A stretch of DNA of 64,000 nt from an uncultured virus (IMG/VR IMGVR_UViG_3300021185_003430) (Duplodnaviria > Heunggongvirae > Uroviricota > Caudoviricetes), in the IMG/VR virus record IMGVR_UViG_3300021185_003430, one strand, 5' to 3'. The first letter of the stretch is position 1, and every line of letters starts with the position of its first letter. This document shows, one piece after another, positions 18,823 to 28,219 of this stretch. The position numbers and the translations under genes were made by a program. The notes beneath the pieces are model-generated. The model worked only from the letters and a program-made list of their open reading frames with translations, made no database searches and was not told where the DNA came from.

Positions 18823-19126
18823 ACTAAAGGAGGGAGAGCAGGTAGACCTCTCCCTCTACTCCCCTCGACAAAGAACTAATATCCGTTTATATGGATTAGA
18901 TTTTAAAGACGTACTTCCAGTAGATATATTTGAATATAAGACTAAATGGAAGTCCACTGCAACAAAAGTAGACATCAGAGGTAAGTATACAGAAGCTCAA
19001 AAATGGTGTAAAACACATTGCTTTCATCAAGATTTTGAAATACAAAAATATGCAAACCCAGATGATTCACATGCGGTCTACTTTAAAAACCCAGAAGAAG
19101 CTATGCTTTTTAAACTTTCAATTTAA
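18797..19126 (+). CDS. Hypothetical protein (start uncertain)
   Basis: C-terminal VYFKNPEEAMLFKL. Confidence 0.55.
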   Translation: MVDSYLTPKLKEGEQVDLSLYSPRQRTNIRLYGLDFKDVLPVDIFEYKTKWKSTATKVDIRGKYTEAQKWCKTHCFHQDFEIQKYANPDDSHAVYFKNPEEAMLFKLSI

Positions 19127-19129
19127 TGC

Positions 19130-19173
19130 TTGACAACGTCTCAAATACCATGTATAGTCTACGAGTAAGTTAA
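19130..19173 (+). promoter_or_regulatory. Sigma70-type promoter with GTAAGTTA box
   Basis: TTGACA-17bp-TATAGT followed by GAGTAAGTTAA. Confidence 0.8.
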
Positions 19174-19187
19174 TGAAGGATCATCAC

Positions 19188-20363
19188 ATGCAGAAAACAG
19201 CTGAAGAACGCATTACACAGAGTAGAGTAAGACTGCTACTCACTCGCCCTTGGTTTGGCCAACTTGCCATCCGTCTTAAATTAAAAGATGCGAGTGAATG
19301 GTGCCCTACAGCGGCAACAGATGGTCGTCAGTTTTTGTTTAATCGACAGTTTATTGATAGACTAGACGATGACGAACTTGACTTTTTAGTAGGACATGAA
19401 GTTCTACACTGTGTATTTGATCACATGGAAGCACGTGGAGATCGACTACATAGACTATATAATGCCGCGGCAGATTATAATATTAACATGACTCTTATTG
19501 AACAAAATGTAGGTAAAATAATTGGAGAAGATAAACTAGATGGCGGCAAGCCTTGCTTAGATTGGAAGTATACAGGTTGGAACTCGTATGAAATATATGA
19601 TGACCTACTTCAAACTATGCCAGAAGCAATGGGCATGGACTTTCACTTAGATCTAGATGGATCAGGAGATGGTGAAGGTGAGGGCGAAGGCAAAGGTGGG
19701 TTTAAGCCTATGTCTGCAGAAGAGCGTAAAGCATTGCAAGACGAAATTAAACAAGCTGTAATTCAAGCAACACAAGCTGCAGGTGGAGAAGCACCTGAGG
19801 CTGTTAAACGTATGATTAATGAATTAATTGCGCCTAGAATGGATTGGCGTGATGTGCTTAGAACACAATTAGAAAGCTCAATAAAATCAGACTTTACATT
19901 TATGCGTCCTAGTAAACGTAGCGGACAAGTTATATTTCCAGGCATGAATAGAGACGAAGAGCTAAATATATGTGTGGCGCTAGACACATCTGGCAGTATT
20001 AGTGCAGACATGTTGCGTGTCTTCCTTAGTGAAGTACAAGGCATTATGGACCAATACCAGAGCTACAAGATCCATATCTTCCAATTCGATACAGGAGTAT
20101 ATGGCGATGATTGCTTTACAAGCGACGATGGCCGTAACCTAAGTGAATATGAAGTTATTGGTGGAGGTGGCACTGATTTTGACGTTGTGTTCAACTATTT
20201 GAGTGAACAGAACATAGAACCTGACCAATTAGTCATGTTCACTGACGGCTTACCTTGGGGATCCTGGGGAAACCCAGATTACTGTGATACACTATTTGTT
20301 GTACATGGTGATCCAAAGCATAGCATTCAGTCTCCGTTTGGGGTTACAATTCATTATGATTAG
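19188..20363 (+). CDS. Metallopeptidase-like (HExxH) plus VWA domain protein (DUF2201-like), MoxR partner
   Basis: TAATDG, HEVLH, MIDAS DTSGS, GGGGTDF, FTDG. Confidence 0.85.
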   Translation: MQKTAEERITQSRVRLLLTRPWFGQLAIRLKLKDASEWCPTAATDGRQFLFNRQFIDRLDDDELDFLVGHEVLHCVFDHMEARGDRLHRLYNAAADYNINMTLIEQNVGKIIGEDKLDGGKPCLDWKYTGWNSYEIYDDLLQTMPEAMGMDFHLDLDGSGDGEGEGEGKGGFKPMSAEERKALQDEIKQAVIQATQAAGGEAPEAVKRMINELIAPRMDWRDVLRTQLESSIKSDFTFMRPSKRSGQVIFPGMNRDEELNICVALDTSGSISADMLRVFLSEVQGIMDQYQSYKIHIFQFDTGVYGDDCFTSDDGRNLSEYEVIGGGGTDFDVVFNYLSEQNIEPDQLVMFTDGLPWGSWGNPDYCDTLFVVHGDPKHSIQSPFGVTIHYD

Positions 20364-20637
20364 GTTAATTAAAAATGGTGGCAGTTTGAGCGAATCGGAC
20401 TTGGCATTAATAAGTGGTACTGAGTTACTTTTAGAGATGATGCGTAACCGTGTCCTTATAGTTGTCCAAACCAAAGAAAAGGTTGAATGGGAAGAACTAA
20501 TAAGAAACACAACAGGTTTGTATCATATTAGAAGTTTAGACAAAAGTGATAGTGTATATCAAATTTGGTTTGAATTAAGTGAAGATTTACTACAATTTGA
20601 AAAAGATTTAATGGTAAGTAAATTAGCAAGAAACTAA
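20356..20637 (+). CDS. Hypothetical protein
   Basis: Coupled ORF. Confidence 0.55.
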   Translation: MIRLIKNGGSLSESDLALISGTELLLEMMRNRVLIVVQTKEKVEWEELIRNTTGLYHIRSLDKSDSVYQIWFELSEDLLQFEKDLMVSKLARN

Positions 20638-20640
20638 TAC

Positions 20641-20648
20641 CATAAATA
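20641..20648 (+). promoter_or_regulatory. Late-type promoter motif
   Basis: CATAAATA intergenic, upstream of AAGGAG RBS. Confidence 0.45.
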
Positions 20649-20682
20649 AACATAGTATTTAATTATTCAAAAGGAGAATAAA

Positions 20683-20901
20683 ATGAGCGAAGAGCAAACA
20701 CAGATTGCCATTTCTGATCTAGTCTTAGCGGCAAATATAATCGATTTGGCGACACAGCGTGGCGCATTTAAGGCGGCAGAAGCAACTCAAGTAGGAGATT
20801 GCTTTACCAAACTGGTAACTTTTGTAAAAGCAAATACACCAGCAACTGAACCAACGGAAGGCTCTACAGAACCTGTAGAGGAGAGTGAAAATAATGAGTA
20901 G
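20683..20901 (+). CDS. Hypothetical protein
   Basis: Strong RBS; IIDLATQRGAFKA. Confidence 0.7.
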   Translation: MSEEQTQIAISDLVLAANIIDLATQRGAFKAAEATQVGDCFTKLVTFVKANTPATEPTEGSTEPVEESENNE

Positions 20902-21568
20902 AAATATAAAACATGTAGGACAATTAGTCAATACACAAAAAAAAGTAGTCGTGGTATTCCGCGAACTACCAGATGATGCCGATCATTGCTTAGTAGTAGA
21001 TACAGATGCACTTCCAGACTGGATGCATGATAACATTATTACAGCAGTTGAATCACCAGGTGCTCAAGCATGTGCAAATTTCTATGAGTATGCAGAAAGA
21101 ACTGTTTTTACAGACGGTACTAATATGCTACAAACTCTACACCAAACTAATCGTTTGCAACACCAAAAAACAAGTAATGTTGTAATGACTCCTAATAATA
21201 CAGTTCAAATATCTTTAGATGAACTTAACAGTATTATTAGAGAGCAAACAGATGGTGAGCCAGTGGTATCTCCTCCAGAAGATCAATTGGGAATGGCAGG
21301 CCAAGAGTCTGAAACTCTAACTGAATCAACTGCACCAGAAATGCCTAGTGTAGCTAATCCAGATCCAGGCCCAGTTGAAATCGATGATGTTGATATGGCA
21401 CAAACTTTGATTGCACAAGCAGATCAATTTGCAGCCGAAGCAGAAAGATTACGCCAACAAGCATATGAATTGAATCCTGATTTAAAGCCCAAGAGGGGCA
21501 GAAAATCAAAAGCTCAGCTTGAAGCTGAAGCGGCAGCAGCCGCGGCGGTTGCAAAGGTAACCGCATAA
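20894..21568 (+). CDS. Hypothetical protein with basic KPKRGRKSK tail
   Basis: Coupled ORF; AT-hook-like C-terminal motif. Confidence 0.7.
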   Translation: MSRNIKHVGQLVNTQKKVVVVFRELPDDADHCLVVDTDALPDWMHDNIITAVESPGAQACANFYEYAERTVFTDGTNMLQTLHQTNRLQHQKTSNVVMTPNNTVQISLDELNSIIREQTDGEPVVSPPEDQLGMAGQESETLTESTAPEMPSVANPDPGPVEIDDVDMAQTLIAQADQFAAEAERLRQQAYELNPDLKPKRGRKSKAQLEAEAAAAAAVAKVTA

Positions 21569-21586
21569 TATTGGAAGCAATTTAAA

Positions 21587-22429
21587 ATGACAGAAGAAAA
21601 TAATAAAGGAGAAGAATGGTCGGAATCAGGTAATACAGAATTTAAAGTAGTATTGGGTGATTACGGAACTGTTCCAGAAGATATTAACTATTACATGAAG
21701 AATAGTGAGATGGCGAGATACCCAGAAGTAACGCTATTTGACTTTCTTCGTGATAGACCTGACAAAGAATGGATTAAATTTTGTGAAGAAACGGGTGCTG
21801 ATTTAACTACAGAACGTGACCCTGCACAAGATTACATTGGAAACTTCAACCAGGTATCGGACAATAAAGATAAATGGATTCAGTATATGTTGGATAATGA
21901 AGCAACATGTCAGAAAAAATTTACTGAAAAAAGACCATATCATGCAGGCGTTAACGAGCTTACATTAAACTTGCCAATGAAATGTGGATATAATTGGGCT
22001 AACAATTGTGAATATAATTGGGGTCTGTATGGAGACACAAGTAACCAGATTAAGCAAATGATTGGTCAAGAAATGTTTGATGAATTGGGTATGGATATGG
22101 AAACATGCTTACCACGCTTATTGGCATATTTGCCTGGACAGACATTACCTTTTCACTTTGACTTTATGGGAAACTGGTACAGACTAAATGAACATTTGAA
22201 TCCAAATGCAGAAACACGTAGATGTGATGGCGGTAAGATCGTTAGATACTTAGTGTTTATTACAGATTGGCATTGGGGACATATGTTACAAATGGCAAAC
22301 ACATTTTATCCTAGGTGGAAAAGTGGTGATGTTTATGAGTTACCTGAGCATGTATATCATTGTAGTACAAATGCTGGCATGAGTGTAAAAGTTTCTCTCA
22401 GTTTAACTGGGTACTTACCGGGTACCTAA
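21587..22429 (+). CDS. Cupin/Fe(II)-2OG oxygenase-like protein
   Basis: PGQTLPFHFD (HxD) and distal YHCSTNAG. Confidence 0.55.
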   Translation: MTEENNKGEEWSESGNTEFKVVLGDYGTVPEDINYYMKNSEMARYPEVTLFDFLRDRPDKEWIKFCEETGADLTTERDPAQDYIGNFNQVSDNKDKWIQYMLDNEATCQKKFTEKRPYHAGVNELTLNLPMKCGYNWANNCEYNWGLYGDTSNQIKQMIGQEMFDELGMDMETCLPRLLAYLPGQTLPFHFDFMGNWYRLNEHLNPNAETRRCDGGKIVRYLVFITDWHWGHMLQMANTFYPRWKSGDVYELPEHVYHCSTNAGMSVKVSLSLTGYLPGT

Positions 22430-22434
22430 AAATA

Positions 22435-22443
22435 GTAAATAGT
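22435..22443 (+). promoter_or_regulatory. Late-type promoter motif
   Basis: GTAAATAGT intergenic, heads the 22468-28219 gene run. Confidence 0.4.
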
Positions 22444-22467
22444 AACACAGTACAAGGAAATTTTATA

Positions 22468-22755
22468 ATGCCTATTGAGCGCAAGGACCGTTCTTTTGAT
22501 CTTATCTTTGATCAGGTAAGTATGGATACCATACCTGCTGATTATATCATAGAGGTCACTATCACGTTAGCCGACAACACACAAATGACACTCTATAGAG
22601 ATGATCTAATGATGATAGACGGAGGACAACATGATGCGCTTGGTGGATTGCATCGAGAAGATATGATTGACGTTTCAGTCAAACTTGACTTTGAATCAAT
22701 TAAAGAAGACGTAATATCAGGTGTAGGCGACTACCTTGGAAAATATTTTAAGTAG
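22468..22755 (+). CDS. Hypothetical protein
   Basis: AAGGA RBS, intact ORF. Confidence 0.65.
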   Translation: MPIERKDRSFDLIFDQVSMDTIPADYIIEVTITLADNTQMTLYRDDLMMIDGGQHDALGGLHREDMIDVSVKLDFESIKEDVISGVGDYLGKYFK

Positions 22756-22761
22756 GAAAAT

Positions 22762-23451
22762 ATGAACAACATATGGTTTTGCGGAATTCCTGGAAGTAAA
22801 TGGAGCGGCATAGATATTGTAATGCGACATCTACTTCCAGCAGACCGCTCAGACGAAACTCCAAACAGAACACAATATCATAGACCAAGAACTAAAGAGG
22901 ATGACAACAACGGTCATCGAGGAAGTTATTGGGGACCTGGTATGGGCTGTGGTGAGGATTGGACAGATTTTAACTTTGTTGAACCTCATAAATTAACTGA
23001 TGACATCAACAATGTATTCTCAGGTGATGGATATCGTATTATTAAAAGTCATTTCTTTGCCCGTAATTTTAATCTAGACTATATCTATAATCACTTTCCT
23101 GGTGATTATATATTCCTAGTATATAGGGAACCACAAAAAAGTTTTGCTTGGTGGAGCGAAGTTATGTGTTTTGATGAACTACACTATCCTGATTACAGAC
23201 CAGGCTATAAAAACTACGATAGAATGTGGGAACTACTATGGCAGGAAAGTTCTAAAATAACAGACTTTGCAATGCGTAAAAATATGGATTGGCAAAAGTA
23301 TGATCCTAAAACTTCTTTTAGTACTTTACCAGGCTTTGATAAAAAAGCGGCTAAATACGTTGACAATAGACAACCAGATGTATATACATCCGTAGTAAAA
23401 ATTCCTGGAGAATCTAATACTACATATGAGTTTGTCAAACATCAAACATAG
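22762..23451 (+). CDS. Sulfotransferase/P-loop-fold-like protein
   Basis: N-terminal GIPGSKWS, IIKSH, LVYREP in sulfotransferase-like order. Confidence 0.4.
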   Translation: MNNIWFCGIPGSKWSGIDIVMRHLLPADRSDETPNRTQYHRPRTKEDDNNGHRGSYWGPGMGCGEDWTDFNFVEPHKLTDDINNVFSGDGYRIIKSHFFARNFNLDYIYNHFPGDYIFLVYREPQKSFAWWSEVMCFDELHYPDYRPGYKNYDRMWELLWQESSKITDFAMRKNMDWQKYDPKTSFSTLPGFDKKAAKYVDNRQPDVYTSVVKIPGESNTTYEFVKHQT

Positions 23452-23459
23452 GAAAATTA

Positions 23460-24887
23460 ATGTCAGAAGATCAAAAATTACCCAGTGACACCTTTTGTAT
23501 TTTGCCTTGGATACATTTAAGCACAAGACCAGACGGAAGTATGCGAGTATGCTGTACAGCAAATGCTAGTAGTGTAGGAGCAACCAACGATAAGAAACAT
23601 GGCGGCAGAATTGGAATCGTTAAAACAGAAGACGGAAAGCCAGCCAATTTAAATACTACAGATTTAAGCACCGCATGGAATAATACATATATGCGAGGTG
23701 TAAGGAAAATGATGCTTGCAGGACAAAAGCCAGCAAGTTGTCTAAAGTGTTATAAAGAAGAAGATGCAGGACACATGAGTAAACGCCAATGGGAAACTGC
23801 CTATTGGATGCGTGATGGTATTGATATTGATGAACTTGTAAAAGAAACATATGAGGATGGTAGCACAAATAGTAAACTAAGATATATTGATATCCGTATG
23901 GGTACAAAATGTCAGTTAGGATGCGTAATGTGTTCTCCTCACGATTCAAGTGGTTGGGTAAAAGATTGGCAAGGATTATATCCTAAAATCTCTAACGAGA
24001 GCCTTAAAGAAACTATGGTTTGGGCAAATAAAGGCAAAACATTTGGCGCAAGTTACAACTGGCATAAAGATAACCCAGTGTTTTGGGAACAGTTTTATGC
24101 ACAAATTCCATTCATTAAACAACTATATTTTGCTGGTGGCGAATCAACTGTTATTGACGAGCATTATGAAATCCTAGATAAAGTTATTGAAATGGGATAT
24201 GCAGATCAAATCGAAGTACGATATAATAGTAATGGTATCGAGTTACCTGATAGATTGTTAGAGCAATGGAAACATTTTAAAAAGGTACGCTTCCACTACA
24301 GTATTGACAGTATTGGTGCAATGAATGATTATATTAGATACCCTAGTCAATGGGATCACCAATTGGAAATGTTTAAACGCCTAGATACACAAACAAGTAA
24401 TAATGTAGAAGTTACAATTGCATGTGCAGTGAACGCTCTTAACATTTACTATATTCCAGATTTCCTTAAATGGAAACTAACAGAGAGTGGATTACACAAA
24501 ACAAATATGTGGCCATTTGGTGCAGGTGGTATCAACTATCACTTTGTATATTGGCCAGGACACTTAAATGTTAAAGTACTACCAGATGAATTTATGGACA
24601 AATGTGAAGCCAAATACGAAGAATTTATTGAGTGGTGGAAAGAAAATTGGGAACTAGGTGTTCCTAGTTGGCACAAGGGCAAAGTAACATATGACGAATG
24701 GGAAAATGCAAGCTATGGTATTAAAAGATTGCGTGGAATGATTAGCTTTGCACGTAGCGAAGACTGGACACGCAGACTACCTGAATTTAGAGAATATTTG
24801 ACGAAATTAGATGCCCAGAGAGGCACTGACTTTAGAGCCACTTTTCCAGAGATGGCCTATTTATTAGATGAACCAGAGGATGAATAA
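23460..24887 (+). CDS. N-terminal twitch-domain radical SAM protein
   Basis: FCILPW..RVCC..CLKC; CQLGCVMC; AGGES. Confidence 0.9.
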   Translation: MSEDQKLPSDTFCILPWIHLSTRPDGSMRVCCTANASSVGATNDKKHGGRIGIVKTEDGKPANLNTTDLSTAWNNTYMRGVRKMMLAGQKPASCLKCYKEEDAGHMSKRQWETAYWMRDGIDIDELVKETYEDGSTNSKLRYIDIRMGTKCQLGCVMCSPHDSSGWVKDWQGLYPKISNESLKETMVWANKGKTFGASYNWHKDNPVFWEQFYAQIPFIKQLYFAGGESTVIDEHYEILDKVIEMGYADQIEVRYNSNGIELPDRLLEQWKHFKKVRFHYSIDSIGAMNDYIRYPSQWDHQLEMFKRLDTQTSNNVEVTIACAVNALNIYYIPDFLKWKLTESGLHKTNMWPFGAGGINYHFVYWPGHLNVKVLPDEFMDKCEAKYEEFIEWWKENWELGVPSWHKGKVTYDEWENASYGIKRLRGMISFARSEDWTRRLPEFREYLTKLDAQRGTDFRATFPEMAYLLDEPEDE

Positions 24888-25304
24888 ATGAAAAATATTA
24901 TTACCGCAAGTTTACTTGCTTTATTTGCAACAAGTGCAAATGCAGAAGATCTAACTATTGACATGCTAAACAAGCGTGATGATGGTGCTAAGATGGTATA
25001 TAGTGAAGATATTGCACGTATTGATGTAGGCGATACAATCACATGGTTGCCAACATCAAAAGGTCACAATGTAGAATTTATTGCAGGACCAGATGGATGG
25101 GATGCACCACGTAAATCAAAACTGGGTAAAGAAGTTGAAATGACATTTGATACACCAGGCGTATATTTGTATCAGTGTTCACCACATAAAACAATGGGCA
25201 TGATTGCTATTGTGGTTGTGGGCGATGGAGATAACGATATTTCAAAAGCCAAAGTAAAAGGCAAGTCAAAGAAAAAACTAAAAGCATTGTTAAAGGATCT
25301 ATAA
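24888..25304 (+). CDS. Pseudoazurin (type I blue copper protein)
   Basis: Signal peptide; GHNVEF and CSPHKTMGM copper ligands. Confidence 0.9.
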   Translation: MKNIITASLLALFATSANAEDLTIDMLNKRDDGAKMVYSEDIARIDVGDTITWLPTSKGHNVEFIAGPDGWDAPRKSKLGKEVEMTFDTPGVYLYQCSPHKTMGMIAIVVVGDGDNDISKAKVKGKSKKKLKALLKDL

Positions 25305-25852
25305 TGATATATATCTTAGTTGCATTGGAAGGCGAACTACCTGATCACAGTAGTTTAAATCCTGAAAAATTTAAAGTATGGTATACTGGTGTTGGCAAAG
25401 TCAATGCAGCTATGATGGCAACTCTAGCGGCAGCACAGGACGATTGTTCATTAATTGTTAATTATGGTACAGCAGGTACACTTGTACCTGAGCTTGCGGG
25501 TAAAATATATGATGTAGGCATTGTACGACAGAGAGATATGGATGCTCGTCCACAAGCAGAACTTGGCACAACTCCTTTTGAGAATACTGGATTTGAAGCT
25601 TCATTACGAATTGCTGAAAATAATATGGTGTTATCTACAGGAGATAATTTTGTAATGTCACCACCAGAATTAAATAGTCATATAGTTGACATGGAAGGTT
25701 ATGCTATTGCAAAAGTTGCTGCTGTTTTTAATAAAAAAGTTCGTATTGTAAAATATGCAAGTGATTTTGCAGATGAAAATGCTGCAGAAGAATGGGAAGC
25801 AAATCAGGCCAAGGGTGCTGATCTGTTTTTAGAATTATTTAAAGACATGTAA
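25304..25852 (+). CDS. mtnN: MTA/SAH nucleosidase-family protein
   Basis: GVGKVNAA, NYGTAG, STGDNF, DMEGYAIA, SDFAD. Confidence 0.85.
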   Translation: MIYILVALEGELPDHSSLNPEKFKVWYTGVGKVNAAMMATLAAAQDDCSLIVNYGTAGTLVPELAGKIYDVGIVRQRDMDARPQAELGTTPFENTGFEASLRIAENNMVLSTGDNFVMSPPELNSHIVDMEGYAIAKVAAVFNKKVRIVKYASDFADENAAEEWEANQAKGADLFLELFKDM

Positions 25853-25853
25853 T

Positions 25854-26969
25854 ATGGATGCACCTAAGAATTTATGTATATTTCCTTGGGTGCATACCGC
25901 TGTTGATATAGCAGGAGAGCTAAAACCCTGTTGTAGATTTAGTAATAAACCAAACGAATTACCCACTGTTGCACAAGGCTTAAAACAAGGCTGGTCGCAT
26001 GGCGATTATTATAGTAAACTTAGACAGCAGTTTTTAAATAATGAACAACCATCTGGTTGTTCTAGATGCTTTAAGGATGAACAAACATCAGGAAAGAGTA
26101 TGCGTACTGATGCTAATAACACCTATCTAAAAGATAACACATTTACAAAACCCCCTAAACTAAAATTTTTAGAGATGGCATTTAGCCATCATTGTAATCT
26201 TGCTTGTAGAATGTGTAATGAAGGCTATAGTAGCAAATGGCTTGCTATAAAAAGACACACCAACACCCCCCTTACAGAAGATGTTACAGAGGATCTAGAC
26301 TTTAGTATAGACTGGTTTGATACAGATTTATCTAGTATTGAACGTGTAAAATTAGTAGGAGGGGAACCTTTACTTGCAAAACAACACGACGAGTTTATTA
26401 AAAAATTAGCAAGCCAGAGTAGTAATATTAATAAAGTACAAATTGACTATCATACAAATGCAACTATATTGCCTAGCAAAAAGGTACTAGAAACGTGGAA
26501 AAAACTTAAAGCACTTACAATAGTATTAAGTATAGATGGGTATGGTAAATTAAACGAAACACTAAGACCTGGACCGTATAAATGGAAAGACATAGATAAC
26601 ACTTTTAATTTTTATTTAAACTTAAAAGATACAGGTTTCCCCATAACAATGCGTGTACATTTTGTTGTAAGTAGATTTAACATTTTTAATTTACAGCCTT
26701 TATTAGACTATATTGAAAGCAAAGGTACTGGGTATAGTATGGATATTGCCAGACGTCCTTTTCATATGTGTATTGCAAATATGGATCCAAAAGATAAAGA
26801 ACTGGCTAAAGAATATATTAAGAACTTAGATATATATGAAACGTTTAGAAAAAGATTGTTAAATACATTAGAACAGGAATCAGAGAAAACATATACTGAT
26901 GAACAAATTATAAACAAAGAAAAAGTAATAGACAATTACTTTAATCAAGATATAAGAGAACTATTATGA
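25854..26969 (+). CDS. N-terminal twitch-domain radical SAM protein
   Basis: CIFPW..KPCC..CSRC; CNLACRMC; GGEP. Confidence 0.9.
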   Translation: MDAPKNLCIFPWVHTAVDIAGELKPCCRFSNKPNELPTVAQGLKQGWSHGDYYSKLRQQFLNNEQPSGCSRCFKDEQTSGKSMRTDANNTYLKDNTFTKPPKLKFLEMAFSHHCNLACRMCNEGYSSKWLAIKRHTNTPLTEDVTEDLDFSIDWFDTDLSSIERVKLVGGEPLLAKQHDEFIKKLASQSSNINKVQIDYHTNATILPSKKVLETWKKLKALTIVLSIDGYGKLNETLRPGPYKWKDIDNTFNFYLNLKDTGFPITMRVHFVVSRFNIFNLQPLLDYIESKGTGYSMDIARRPFHMCIANMDPKDKELAKEYIKNLDIYETFRKRLLNTLEQESEKTYTDEQIINKEKVIDNYFNQDIRELL

Positions 26970-28219
26970 GCGGATTTTGTGCTTTACCATTTGTACAATA
27001 TAGTACATATAATGGAGGTCGATATAGGCTTTGCTGTATGGCAAAGGAGCCAGAAGAACTTGTGGATCAAGAAAAACTTGGGATCCAGGGTACATGGAAT
27101 CACGACTACATAAAAGATGTACGTAGACGCATGGCAGAAGGGGAGTGGCTTCCTGAATGTGTAGAATGTGAACATCTAGAAAGAAATAATATAGTTAGCT
27201 CACGCCAATGGGAAAATGAGGTGTGGGAAGACGTAATTGACGAAGTGGTTGCTGACGCTTCCGTCAACGATTGGGAGGTTGAACAACCTTTACAATTTGA
27301 TTTCAGGCTTGGTAATTTATGCAATTTACAATGTCAGATGTGCAATAAAGAGGCTTCACACTTAGTAAGTGTCGAGCGAGCGCAAATGGTTGAAAGCGGA
27401 CTCGGGGCAGACCATCCCGATTGGCATGGCATGATTGCAAACAAGAAGCAGGCTCTTCTTCAACCTGGAATAGACTGGGCGAGCTTTGAGGAAATGATTG
27501 GGAAAGCTCGTAAAATCAAACTAATAGGCGGGGAACCTACGGTTGCCAAGGACATGTTTACCTTGCTAGACCTCGCAGTAGAATCCGGACACGCCAGTCA
27601 TATCGAACTTAGTTTCTATACCAATATTACCAATATGCAAGACAGATGGTTAGAACAATTAGGGAAGTTCGAAAAAGTGATTGTAAACTGCTCCTTGGAA
27701 GGTATGGGCGATATGAACGACTATTTGCGTCCACCTTCCAAGTGGCCTTCTGTCTGGAAAAACTTTGATAAACTAGTCAAATATAGCAATACTAAAGAAG
27801 GTAAACGTATTAAAGTACGAGTTACCACAGTCAATCAAATGACAAATGCATTGCATATTGCAGACTTTTGGCGCTTTATGCATGACTACCAAATGACTAG
27901 CGATAGAGGTATTGGTATGAGTAGTAACCAACTTATTGAGCCACACTATTATAGTATGGCACATGCACCACAATGGCTTAAAGATGAACAGGAAAAACAA
28001 ATACTAGAATTTTTATCCAGTATAGGCAATAGTCCACATTTTGAAGACTATGAGGAACCTTTAATGGAAATTATTAATTTTGGTAAAGATCCAGAACACC
28101 AATATAATCCAGCAATAATGAAACAATATGTAGATATAACTGAAAACTATGATAAGTTTCGTATGCATGATGTAATGACAGTGGCACCAGAATTTAAACG
28201 CATAAAAGATGAACTTTAA
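26966..28219 (+). CDS. N-terminal twitch-domain radical SAM protein
   Basis: FCALPF..RLCC..CVEC; CNLQCQMC; GGEP. Confidence 0.9.
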   Translation: MSGFCALPFVQYSTYNGGRYRLCCMAKEPEELVDQEKLGIQGTWNHDYIKDVRRRMAEGEWLPECVECEHLERNNIVSSRQWENEVWEDVIDEVVADASVNDWEVEQPLQFDFRLGNLCNLQCQMCNKEASHLVSVERAQMVESGLGADHPDWHGMIANKKQALLQPGIDWASFEEMIGKARKIKLIGGEPTVAKDMFTLLDLAVESGHASHIELSFYTNITNMQDRWLEQLGKFEKVIVNCSLEGMGDMNDYLRPPSKWPSVWKNFDKLVKYSNTKEGKRIKVRVTTVNQMTNALHIADFWRFMHDYQMTSDRGIGMSSNQLIEPHYYSMAHAPQWLKDEQEKQILEFLSSIGNSPHFEDYEEPLMEIINFGKDPEHQYNPAIMKQYVDITENYDKFRMHDVMTVAPEFKRIKDEL

